Shown here piece after piece: positions 29,064 to 38,742 of a stretch of 64,000 bases of DNA. Source of the DNA: an uncultured candidate division Zixibacteria bacterium. GTDB lineage: Bacteria; Zixibacteria; MSB-5A5; SM1-73. Position 1 is the first letter of the stretch. The number at the start of each line of letters is the position of its first letter. The position numbers and the translations under genes were made by a program. Below the pieces are notes generated by a model, which ran no database searches, was not told the DNA's origin, and worked only from the letters and a program-made list of their open reading frames with translations. The stretch lies in contig CAIVRH010000009.1 of assembly GCA_903908285.1 (NCBI GenBank), forward strand, positions 7,537 through 71,536, in the 5' to 3' direction.

Positions 29064-29906
29064 ATGATCTCCTTGCCGGAGAAAAAGCTTAACCCTGCAG
29101 GAAATTCGAATCCTGTTGGCATTTTTGATTCGGGGGTAGGCGGATTGACTGTGGCCAAGAAAATCTTCGAGCTTCTCCCCTACGAGAACGTGGTCTATTT
29201 TGGCGATACTGCCAGATATCCTTATGGCCCCAGGTCCCAAAAGATCATCCGGAAGTTCTCTTCCCAAGATACCAATTTCCTCCTCAGCCGGAGGGTCAAA
29301 TTCATTGTAATAGCCTGCAATACTGCTTCCGCCCTGGCATTGGAGAAATTGAAGAGAACCTACCACACACCCATGATCGGTGTAGTCGAGCCGGGTGCAT
29401 CGGCGGCCGTAAAAGCCACCCGAAATGGTAAAATCGGGGTGATCGGAACCTTGGGAACTATTCATTCCCATGCTTACCCCAAAGCCATCCGCCGATTGGA
29501 CCCTCGATTGGAAGTCTACTCCCTTCCCTGTCCGTTGTTCGTTGCGTTAGCCGAAGAGGGTTATATGGACCAGGAGGTCACCCGCCTTATCGCTTCCGAA
29601 TATCTTCATCCTTTGATCCGCAATGGCATAGATACCCTGGTTTTGGGCTGTACTCATTATCCCTTGTTAAAGAAGGTTATTTCCAGAACCATGGGGAGTA
29701 AAGTGAGGTTAATAGATTCCGCTGAGGAAACCGCTAAAGAGGTTAGAAAATTTTTAGAAAAGCACCGTCTTCTAAGGAAGATCAGAAAGAAACCCGTAAG
29801 AAGGTTCTATGTTTCCGATATCCCGGATAGATTTATAGAGGTCGGAGAAAGATTCTTGAAAGGGAAGATTGGGAAAGTGAAAAGGATCGATATAGATAGA
29901 TATTAA
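29064..29906 (+). CDS. murI: Glutamate racemase
   Basis: GIFDSGVGGLTV, IACNTAS and LGCTHYP. Confidence 0.97.
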   Translation: MISLPEKKLNPAGNSNPVGIFDSGVGGLTVAKKIFELLPYENVVYFGDTARYPYGPRSQKIIRKFSSQDTNFLLSRRVKFIVIACNTASALALEKLKRTYHTPMIGVVEPGASAAVKATRNGKIGVIGTLGTIHSHAYPKAIRRLDPRLEVYSLPCPLFVALAEEGYMDQEVTRLIASEYLHPLIRNGIDTLVLGCTHYPLLKKVISRTMGSKVRLIDSAEETAKEVRKFLEKHRLLRKIRKKPVRRFYVSDIPDRFIEVGERFLKGKIGKVKRIDIDRY

Positions 29907-29941
29907 GTGACGATAAACGGATCAAACGGACGGAGCGAATA

Positions 29942-30550
29942 TTGCAAACTACGAGAATTGTTTTAGCCACCAACAATAAGGATAAAATCCGCGAGATCAA
30001 AAAGATTCTTAATAGACTACCGGCAGAAATTCTGACCCTGAAGGATTTTCCTGGCTTTCCGCAGGTAGAGGAGACCGGAATAACCCTGGAGGAGAATGCC
30101 ATTTTAAAAGCCAAAACCATATGCCGATTTACTCATTTGCCCTCTTTGGCGGATGACTCCGGGCTGGAAGTGGATGCTTTACTAGGTGCTCCCGGGGTAC
30201 GTTCCTCTCGATTTGCCGGTGACCATTGCAGCTACCAGGATAATAACAGAAAATTGCTGAAGTTAATGAAAGATATTCCCCCTGAAGAAAGAAAGGCAAG
30301 ATTTATTTGTGTAGTCGCTTTAGCAAAAGGGACTGATAATATTATTACCGTTCGGGGTGAATTGAGAGGAGTAATTGCTTTATATGGGAAGGGGACAAAC
30401 GGATTTGGTTACGACCCGGTTTTCTATGTGCCTGAAATGAACAAAACCCTAGCCCAGCTTACCCTGAATGAAAAGAATGAAATCAGCCACCGGGCTTTGG
30501 CCTTTAACCAAGCCAGAGAGCTGATCCTAAAGGGATTTCCGGATGATTGA
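29942..30550 (+). CDS. rdgB: Non-canonical purine NTP pyrophosphatase (dITP/XTP)
   Basis: LATNN.DK, EETG.TLEENA..KA, ADDSGLEV, GFGYDP and SHR. Confidence 0.95.
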   Translation: MQTTRIVLATNNKDKIREIKKILNRLPAEILTLKDFPGFPQVEETGITLEENAILKAKTICRFTHLPSLADDSGLEVDALLGAPGVRSSRFAGDHCSYQDNNRKLLKLMKDIPPEERKARFICVVALAKGTDNIITVRGELRGVIALYGKGTNGFGYDPVFYVPEMNKTLAQLTLNEKNEISHRALAFNQARELILKGFPDD

Positions 30551-31280
30551 TACCGTAACATTTGATCTATGGAACACCCTGATTTCCAATAGGCCGCCGG
30601 ATCATTACCGGTATAAACAAATAAGGGTGGAAAGAATAATCCAAGTGCTCAAGCGGAACGGATTGACTGTTCGGCTGGACGATTTAAGCTTAGCTTATGA
30701 TGAGGGATTCGAGAAATGCAAAGAAACCTGGAAAAACAATCGGGATCTCTCCACCCCGGAACAACTGGGAATAATGATGGAACTACTGCCACATGAAAAG
30801 CCGAAATCCATTTCTCCGGCATTGATGCAAGAATTGGTTGAGGTTTTTACCTCTCCCCTTTTGGATGACCCGCCTCCATTAATTGACGGTGCCAAGGAGG
30901 TAGTCACTCATATCCAAGAGGAAAAATACAAGACAGGATTGATATGCAATACCGGAAGAACTCCGGGAAGCACCATCCGGCTTTTTTTGGAACGATCGGG
31001 AATGCTCAACTGCTTTGACATTACCACCTTCTCTAATGAACTCCGGATCAGAAAACCGGATCCTCGGATTTTCCTCCATACCTTGAACCAGATCAAGAGC
31101 CTTCCCATGAATTCCGTACACGTGGGAGATATGTTGGAACTTGATGTTTTGGGGGCGAAAAATGCAGGAATGATCTCGGTACATTATGCTCCAGTTCTCA
31201 TTCCCCAAAAAGAGATTATACCGGATTTCACGATTAGCCATTTATCCGGACTTGGGGATATTTTGAAGAATTTAAAATAG
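30543..31280 (+). CDS. HAD-superfamily hydrolase (subfamily IA)
   Basis: TFDLWNTL motif I, ICNT, KPDPRIF and HVGD...DV.GA. Confidence 0.85.
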   Translation: MIDTVTFDLWNTLISNRPPDHYRYKQIRVERIIQVLKRNGLTVRLDDLSLAYDEGFEKCKETWKNNRDLSTPEQLGIMMELLPHEKPKSISPALMQELVEVFTSPLLDDPPPLIDGAKEVVTHIQEEKYKTGLICNTGRTPGSTIRLFLERSGMLNCFDITTFSNELRIRKPDPRIFLHTLNQIKSLPMNSVHVGDMLELDVLGAKNAGMISVHYAPVLIPQKEIIPDFTISHLSGLGDILKNLK

Positions 31281-31455
31281 ATCAATTGATATGAACAATT
31301 ATCTTTCGCATTCGTATAAAGTTTGATTAGGAATTTATCATCCGGCAAGAAGTGAAGGTATGCCAAAGAGTTGACGACAAATAGATATGAATGATGGCTT
31401 TATAAATCAAGTTAAAACCAGAATAGATCATAACTAACAGAGAGGTGGTCAAGAT

Positions 31456-32514
31456 ATGAGTAAAAAGATCGGTATCCTAACCGGGGGAGGGGATTGTCCC
31501 GGTTTGAATGCGGTGATTCGAGCGGTGGTGAGAAAATCCATCCGGTTGGATTACCAGGTAATTGGTTTGCTTCAGGGATGGCGAGGATTAATGGATTATG
31601 GCCTGACCGAAGAGCTGAACTTAGACAAGGTTTCGGGGATCATACATCGGGGGGGAACGATCCTTAAGACCTCTCGTACCAATCCATTCAAAGAAAAAGA
31701 TGGGGTAAAGAGAATTTTGGAAAAAAAGAAATCTCTAGGGCTTTCTGCTGTCATAGCCGTGGGAGGCGAAGATACGCTCTCGGTTGCTTCCCGACTCTAC
31801 CAGGAGGAAGGTATGGAGGTGGTGGGTGTTCCCAAGACCATCGATAATGATATCTGGGGAACCGACTACACCTTCGGTTTTGATACCGCCATCAATATAG
31901 CGATGGAGGCGATAGACCGGGTTCACACCACAGCCGAGTCCCACAATAGAGTCATCGTGGTAGAAGTGATGGGGCGACACACCGGGTGGATCGCCATAGA
32001 GGCGGGAATAGCGGGAGGGGCCGATTTCATATTGATTCCGGAAAAACCGGTAGATTTGGACAAAGTCTGTGATGCCATTTGCAAAAGGCATGCCCGTGGG
32101 CGCACTTTCAGCGTGGTGGTGGTAGCCGAAGGGGCAAAGATTGCTGCACAAGAGGATGACAAAGTGGAGGAGGTTATGGTAGTGCAAGACGAGAAACTGG
32201 ATGCCTTTGGTCATGTAAGGCTAGGAGGCATTGGAAAGGTGCTAGCTACGGAGATCGAGAAACGCACCGGATATGAAACTCGCTTTGTCATTTTGGGCTA
32301 CATTCAGAGAGGCGGAACCCCTACCGCTTTCGACCGGATGTTAGGAAGCAGGTTTGGCGTCGCTGCCGTGGATTTGGTAAACCGCGGGGAATTCGGGAAA
32401 ATGGTCAGTCTTCAGGGTAATGAAATCGTGACCGTAGATTTGCAGGAAGTACTCTCAAAAACAAAACGAATCGATGATGACCTATATGCGATGGCCGAAG
32501 TTTTTTTTGGATAG
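31456..32514 (+). CDS. pfkA: 6-phosphofructokinase, PfkA family group III type, with PPi-type signature
   Basis: TGGGDCPGLNA, GGEDT, PKTIDND and EVMGR..GW. Confidence 0.92.
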   Translation: MSKKIGILTGGGDCPGLNAVIRAVVRKSIRLDYQVIGLLQGWRGLMDYGLTEELNLDKVSGIIHRGGTILKTSRTNPFKEKDGVKRILEKKKSLGLSAVIAVGGEDTLSVASRLYQEEGMEVVGVPKTIDNDIWGTDYTFGFDTAINIAMEAIDRVHTTAESHNRVIVVEVMGRHTGWIAIEAGIAGGADFILIPEKPVDLDKVCDAICKRHARGRTFSVVVVAEGAKIAAQEDDKVEEVMVVQDEKLDAFGHVRLGGIGKVLATEIEKRTGYETRFVILGYIQRGGTPTAFDRMLGSRFGVAAVDLVNRGEFGKMVSLQGNEIVTVDLQEVLSKTKRIDDDLYAMAEVFFG

Positions 32515-32625
32515 ATCCATCTTTTGCTATTCCGGCGAAGCATTATTGTTTATCAAAGATTGGATTCTTTAAACCAATTCAAAACAGGGAAGTTTCGATA
32601 ATCGTCCCAAGGTTAATTAAATACC

Positions 32626-33282
32626 ATGAAGAAAATATTATTAATAAATTTCCTATTACTGCTGGTTTTCCTTCCCACTTTTGGTATGGCCAAGGATTTA
32701 AGCTCCGTCCAAATGGTAGGAATCCGGATGGGATTCTGGAATGCGGTTAAAGCTGATAAAGTCCACAGTACTCCGGATTTGGAGATCAGCAACAAGATTA
32801 CTGCGCCCTATGCCGAGGTTTTCATCGCTCCTGGTTTAAAAAAGGGTTTTACTTTGGAATTCTCATTCGGAAGCTGTTATCGCGGAGAAACCCGATATCA
32901 TGATTCTTACGGATACTACTGGAAATCCGTAACCGTATATCCGGTTTCGGGTGGACTTAAATTCTATCCTCTCTCCTCCGTTAAAAACTCCAAGTGTCAG
33001 CCCTACTTGCACCTGGGAGTTGCATTCATCACCGGGGTAGAAAATATACGTCTGGGGGAATATTACGGATCTTCGATTCTGCTGCAGGAAGGTACCAATA
33101 CCTATACCACCCTGGGATGGCTGGCGGGAGCAGGAATGGATTTTATACTTAGCAGACATCTGGTAATCGGTGCGGATTTTAAATACCGGGGAGTGAATTT
33201 TAACGATGAAGTAGGCGGCTTGAAAAACTTCAATGGTCCTCAAGCAACATTAGGAATCTCATATATCGTAAAAGGGATTTGA
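32626..33282 (+). CDS. Outer-membrane beta-barrel protein (OmpW/OmpA-like 8-stranded)
   Basis: Signal peptide and alternating amphipathic strands (PYLHLGV, GWLAGAGMDF, LGISY). Confidence 0.7.
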   Translation: MKKILLINFLLLLVFLPTFGMAKDLSSVQMVGIRMGFWNAVKADKVHSTPDLEISNKITAPYAEVFIAPGLKKGFTLEFSFGSCYRGETRYHDSYGYYWKSVTVYPVSGGLKFYPLSSVKNSKCQPYLHLGVAFITGVENIRLGEYYGSSILLQEGTNTYTTLGWLAGAGMDFILSRHLVIGADFKYRGVNFNDEVGGLKNFNGPQATLGISYIVKGI

Positions 33283-33459
33283 GCTTCTGCTGGAGTGAAC
33301 ACCGGAACCATACGGATGTCAAAAAAACAGACTCGGACAATCGAATTATCCGGTGGAGCTTTTCAACATATCTATTGCCATACGGAAGGGTTAATCTTAT
33401 ATTCTTGTGCCGTTAAGTTATTTTCGAGACAGAAAATAAATGCGAAATTATACTTTTAA

Positions 33460-34488
<1,029 letters not shown>

Positions 34489-34553
34489 GGTTAGCATGAG
34501 TTACGTAAGGACTTAATATTCCCCAAGTTAAGTCTCTTTTATTCATCAGAATA

Positions 34554-35708
34554 ATGGAAATACAGGTGAATTGTATGAAAATGATAAAGATTCCTTTATT
34601 TAAAACTGTGCTCATTCTGCAATTCATTCTCTTCTGTCATTTGATAGCAGAATCTAAGACCCCGCAAATCGTTTTGGAGAATGGATTTTATTATGTGATT
34701 CAGCCAAATGATGAAAGAGTTGTTATTATACCAGAACAAGAACCATGGGCGTATAACAAAGCCAAGATATCACCGGATGGAAAGCATGTTTTCTATACAA
34801 CCGCTAATGGTCTAGGATTTGAAAGTGCGGGTAGAGACTTGTTTTTCTGCAACACAAATGGAACGGAGAGAACCTTTATTCATAAGTTCGAGCACTATGT
34901 AGATAATTGGATATGGTTAATCAACAACAACAAAAACTATCTTGTTGTTCATTCTTTGGAAGGGGGGAAGGCTTTGGTCTTGGATATTAGTCAAAAGAAG
35001 TTACTGCTGAGCTTCGGTGCAGATAGTGTTGAAGAAACCGAAGATTTGGAATGCTGTAAAGTATTTGGTAGTAAAGTTGAAAAAATAAGGGGAGGAGAGC
35101 TTTGCGCTGACGAGCTTGCTTCTATTACCGACAAGGACATACCTATGCCTGAAGTTTTCGTCAACTGGATGGGTGATCAGGTATATTTATCTACCGAGGA
35201 GGATCCGATTTTTAGCTCAGACGATGTGCTGAAGTGTTTTGAACCTATTTATGATTTGCTCGCTACTCAAGAGAAATCTTCATATAGGGAAGTCCACCAT
35301 AGACTTTCTGATCATTCAGCATCTTTCGTTGAAGAACCCATCTTGCTGGTAAAAGATAAAATCGTATTCTCAATAGCAAACATGCATGGTGAATTTGATC
35401 TAGGGAGAAGAAGGATAGAGGATTTAAATATCGGGGGTGACTTATCGATCAATGTTTTCTGCTCCCCTAAAGGTAAGTATATGGTGTTTCTGAAAACAGA
35501 ACCCAACAGAATCAAAAAACTGATAATTCTCAATAAAACGAAAGGTGCATCTTGGGAAGAGGTACTTACGAAGGAATTCTCGTTAGATGCGGATATCTCT
35601 AAAGTTGAATGGTCCAAGCAAAACGAGACAAAGATTTACTATTCACTGAAAAAAGGAGCTATATTAGAAGACAGTTGCTCGATTGATTTAACAAAAAACG
35701 AGAGATAA
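34554..35708 (+). CDS. Hypothetical secreted protein (weak TolB/PD40-like ISPDGK motif)
   Basis: Open 384-aa frame with a signal-peptide-like N-terminus; sits between gap and pgk. Confidence 0.65.
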   Translation: MEIQVNCMKMIKIPLFKTVLILQFILFCHLIAESKTPQIVLENGFYYVIQPNDERVVIIPEQEPWAYNKAKISPDGKHVFYTTANGLGFESAGRDLFFCNTNGTERTFIHKFEHYVDNWIWLINNNKNYLVVHSLEGGKALVLDISQKKLLLSFGADSVEETEDLECCKVFGSKVEKIRGGELCADELASITDKDIPMPEVFVNWMGDQVYLSTEEDPIFSSDDVLKCFEPIYDLLATQEKSSYREVHHRLSDHSASFVEEPILLVKDKIVFSIANMHGEFDLGRRRIEDLNIGGDLSINVFCSPKGKYMVFLKTEPNRIKKLIILNKTKGASWEEVLTKEFSLDADISKVEWSKQNETKIYYSLKKGAILEDSCSIDLTKNER

Positions 35709-35743
35709 TAGAATGGTAAGATATATTCAATGGAGGGGAGATT

Positions 35744-36937
35744 ATGGAAAAACTAACAATTGACGATCTTCAATTAAAAGACAAAAGAGTCTTAGTTCGG
35801 GTGGATTTCAACGTTCCCCTGGATAAAAAATGTGAAGTTACCGACGACCGACGTATTGTTGAATCGCTCCCCACTATCAATAAAATTCTGCAGGATGGCG
35901 GAAAGCTGATTTTAATGTCGCATTTGGGCAGACCCAAAGGAAGGACACAAGAATTAAGCCTATTACCCGTGGCAAAAAGATTGGAAAAGTTATTGGGAAA
36001 ACCGGTTAAATTCGTGAATGACTGCATCGGTCCGGAGGTGGAAAAAGCGGTTTCCGGGCTCAAATCGGGAGAATGTCTGCTTTTAGAGAACTTGAGGTTC
36101 TATCCAGAAGAGGAGAAGAACAATCCTGAGTTTGCCAAGAAACTTGCCGGCTTAGGGGATATTTATATTAACGATGCTTTCGGCACTGCCCACCGGGCTC
36201 ATGCTTCCACCGAAGGAGTTACCAAATACATCCAACAGTGTGCAGCCGGTTATCTCATGCAAAAGGAGCTGAAATATCTGGACATGGCATTGTCCCATCC
36301 CAAGAGACCCTTTGTAGCCATATTGGGTGGAGCCAAGATCTCCGGTAAGATTGACGTGATAGAAAATCTGATGAACAAAGTCGATGCGCTTTTGATCGGA
36401 GGCGGGATGTCTTTTACCTTTTTTAAGAGCATGGGAAAAGAGATCGGTAAATCCCTTCTCGAGCCTGACAAAATCGACATGGCTAAGGAAATCTTAAAAC
36501 AAGCAAAAGAGAAGAAGGTAAATTTAGTTTTACCGGTGGATGTTGTGGTTGCGGCTGGAGCCACAGATGACGCCGCTACCAAGATCGTCGGGATAGACAA
36601 CATTCCACCCGATATGCAAGGCTTGGACATAGGTCCTAAAACCTTAGACATCTTCTCAGCAGAATTGAAGAAAGCAAAAACTGTAGTATGGAACGGACCT
36701 ATGGGTGTTTTTGAAGTAAAGAAGTTCGCTACCGGTACTATTAGAGTTGCAGAGATACTTGCTGGCATTACTCAAAACGGAGCCACTACCATTGTGGGAG
36801 GTGGAGACTCAGCTGCTGCCGTAACCCAAGCAGGATTAGAAGACAAGCTTACACATATTTCGACCGGGGGTGGGGCTTCTTTGGAATTCTTAGAGGGTAA
36901 GGTTCTGCCTGGGGTGGCGGCATTAACGGATAAGTAA
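35744..36937 (+). CDS. pgk: Phosphoglycerate kinase
   Basis: [41 protein letters not shown] and STGGGASLE. Confidence 0.98.
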   Translation: MEKLTIDDLQLKDKRVLVRVDFNVPLDKKCEVTDDRRIVESLPTINKILQDGGKLILMSHLGRPKGRTQELSLLPVAKRLEKLLGKPVKFVNDCIGPEVEKAVSGLKSGECLLLENLRFYPEEEKNNPEFAKKLAGLGDIYINDAFGTAHRAHASTEGVTKYIQQCAAGYLMQKELKYLDMALSHPKRPFVAILGGAKISGKIDVIENLMNKVDALLIGGGMSFTFFKSMGKEIGKSLLEPDKIDMAKEILKQAKEKKVNLVLPVDVVVAAGATDDAATKIVGIDNIPPDMQGLDIGPKTLDIFSAELKKAKTVVWNGPMGVFEVKKFATGTIRVAEILAGITQNGATTIVGGGDSAAAVTQAGLEDKLTHISTGGGASLEFLEGKVLPGVAALTDK

Positions 36938-37039
36938 GTTCGGTTTCTACACAAATTAAAACATAACTAGTGTTTTAGCGGTAGTCAATGGACTACTGTA
37001 TCCAGCGGACGATGCTTATCAGCAGACATAGGACAGTAT

Positions 37040-37795
37040 ATGCGAATACCAATCATTGCCGGTAACTGGAAGATGAATAAAACAGAAGAGGAGGCACTCC
37101 AGCTCGTCTCTGATTTAAAACAGAGATTAGGAGAAGTAACAGGAGTTAAAGTAATAGTTTGCCCTCCCTTCACTGCTCTCTTTTCCGTCAATAAAGCTCT
37201 TGAAAATTCCTCCATTCTATTAGGTGCTCAAAATATGCACTGGGAGGAAAAAGGAGCCTTTACCGGTGAAGTCTCCCCTACTATGCTATTGACAGTCGGC
37301 TGTAAATTCGTTATAATAGGTCATTCGGAGAGGAGGAGCTATTTTTACGAGACGGATCACTCCGTAAATTTAAAAGTAAAATCAGCTCTGAAATTTTCCC
37401 TCTCCCCTATCATCTGCGTGGGTGAAAAGTTAGAGGAAAGAGACGCAAATAAAACCAAAGAAGTTATCGAAATTCAGCTTAAAGGGGCGTATAAGGAATT
37501 AAGCGATCAGCAGGCGGAGAAGACGGTAATAGCTTATGAGCCGGTATGGGCAATCGGAACCGGTAAAAACGCTACACCGCAGCAAGCAAACGAGGTTCAT
37601 GTTTTCATTAGGAAGTTCCTTTCGGATGAATATGGTGAAGAAATCTCTGAAAAGATTAATATTTTATATGGAGGATCGGTTAATCCAAAGAACTCAAGAG
37701 AATTGCTTGCCATGTCGGATATCGACGGGGCATTGGTGGGAGGAGCTAGTTTGGACGCAGTATCCTTTGAAGGCATTGTAAAAAGTGCCATTTAG
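37040..37795 (+). CDS. tpiA: Triosephosphate isomerase
   Basis: AGNWKMN, IGHSERR, AYEPVWAIGTG and LVGGASL. Confidence 0.98.
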   Translation: MRIPIIAGNWKMNKTEEEALQLVSDLKQRLGEVTGVKVIVCPPFTALFSVNKALENSSILLGAQNMHWEEKGAFTGEVSPTMLLTVGCKFVIIGHSERRSYFYETDHSVNLKVKSALKFSLSPIICVGEKLEERDANKTKEVIEIQLKGAYKELSDQQAEKTVIAYEPVWAIGTGKNATPQQANEVHVFIRKFLSDEYGEEISEKINILYGGSVNPKNSRELLAMSDIDGALVGGASLDAVSFEGIVKSAI

Positions 37796-37869
37796 CATTC
37801 AAACGGTTTAGGAAAACAGTTAATAGTAATTCGAGAATAAAGAATCATTTTCTGTTATAGGAGGTCCAT

Positions 37870-38256
37870 TTGATAGTTTTATTAACCATGCTGCATGTGA
37901 TCATCTGCGTTGCTTTAATCATGGTGGTCCTAATGCAATCGGCTAAAGGAGAGGGTTTAGCTGGAGCTTTTGGTGGCTCAGGAATAACCGGAGCAGTTTT
38001 TGGCGGGAGAGGAGCGGCGACATTTTTATCCAAGGCCACCACTTTTTTGGCTATTGCCTTCTTTGTGAGTTGCTTATTGCTCAGCTTCCTTTCTCCATCT
38101 ACCGGAGTAAGCAGCAGTGATAGGAGCGGAATTCAAAAAGAGGCAGAAAAACGAGCGACAGAAGGAACGCCGGCCACCAGCGTACCCAACACTACCCCGC
38201 AACAACAACCGTCATCCCAACCGACTCAAAACCCACCCGCAGGCGGAGGGAAATAA
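37870..38256 (+). CDS. secG: Preprotein translocase subunit SecG
   Basis: VLMQSAKGEGLAGAFGG...FLSKAT. Canonical position after tpiA; TTG start with RBS GGAGG. Confidence 0.93.
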   Translation: MIVLLTMLHVIICVALIMVVLMQSAKGEGLAGAFGGSGITGAVFGGRGAATFLSKATTFLAIAFFVSCLLLSFLSPSTGVSSSDRSGIQKEAEKRATEGTPATSVPNTTPQQQPSSQPTQNPPAGGGK

Positions 38257-38361
38257 TCCTGAGGTGAGATGAAGAGTTCTGAGGTTTAAAGGTCCAATAC
38301 TGATATCCGAAAATTTGTTTGAATTTAACTCAATCCTCATTTCTCGTTCCTCTTGACTCTT

Positions 38362-38443
38362 GCGGAAGTGGTGGAACTGGCAGACACACCATCTTGAGGG
38401 GGTGGCGGCGCGAGCCGTGCGGGTTCAAATCCCGCCTTCCGCA
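38362..38443 (+). tRNA. tRNA-Leu(GAG)
   Basis: GCGGAAG...CTTCCGC-A, anticodon arm CCATC-TTGAGGG-GGTGG, long variable arm. CCA is not encoded. Canonical secG-leuU arrangement. Confidence 0.95.
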
Positions 38444-38742
38444 TTATTTTATATAATTACCTATCTCTGTTTTTCAAAACTTCCATTACCGATTTTCTGA
38501 TTTCCACCTCGGGAATTCCATTATCCAATTATCCATTCTCCGGTTAATTCTTTATTCGATTTTGATGGCGAATTCTCAAAATTTTCTTGCTTAAAATAGA
38601 TAAGAGCTTATATTGTTAATAAGGAATGAATGGTTAAAATATGAAGTAATGGTTGATGTAACCCGCATAAGTAATTGTCCATTAATATGTTTCATGTACT
38701 ACAATTGAATATTCCAAGGTTTATAAACAGATGGAGGTAAGA

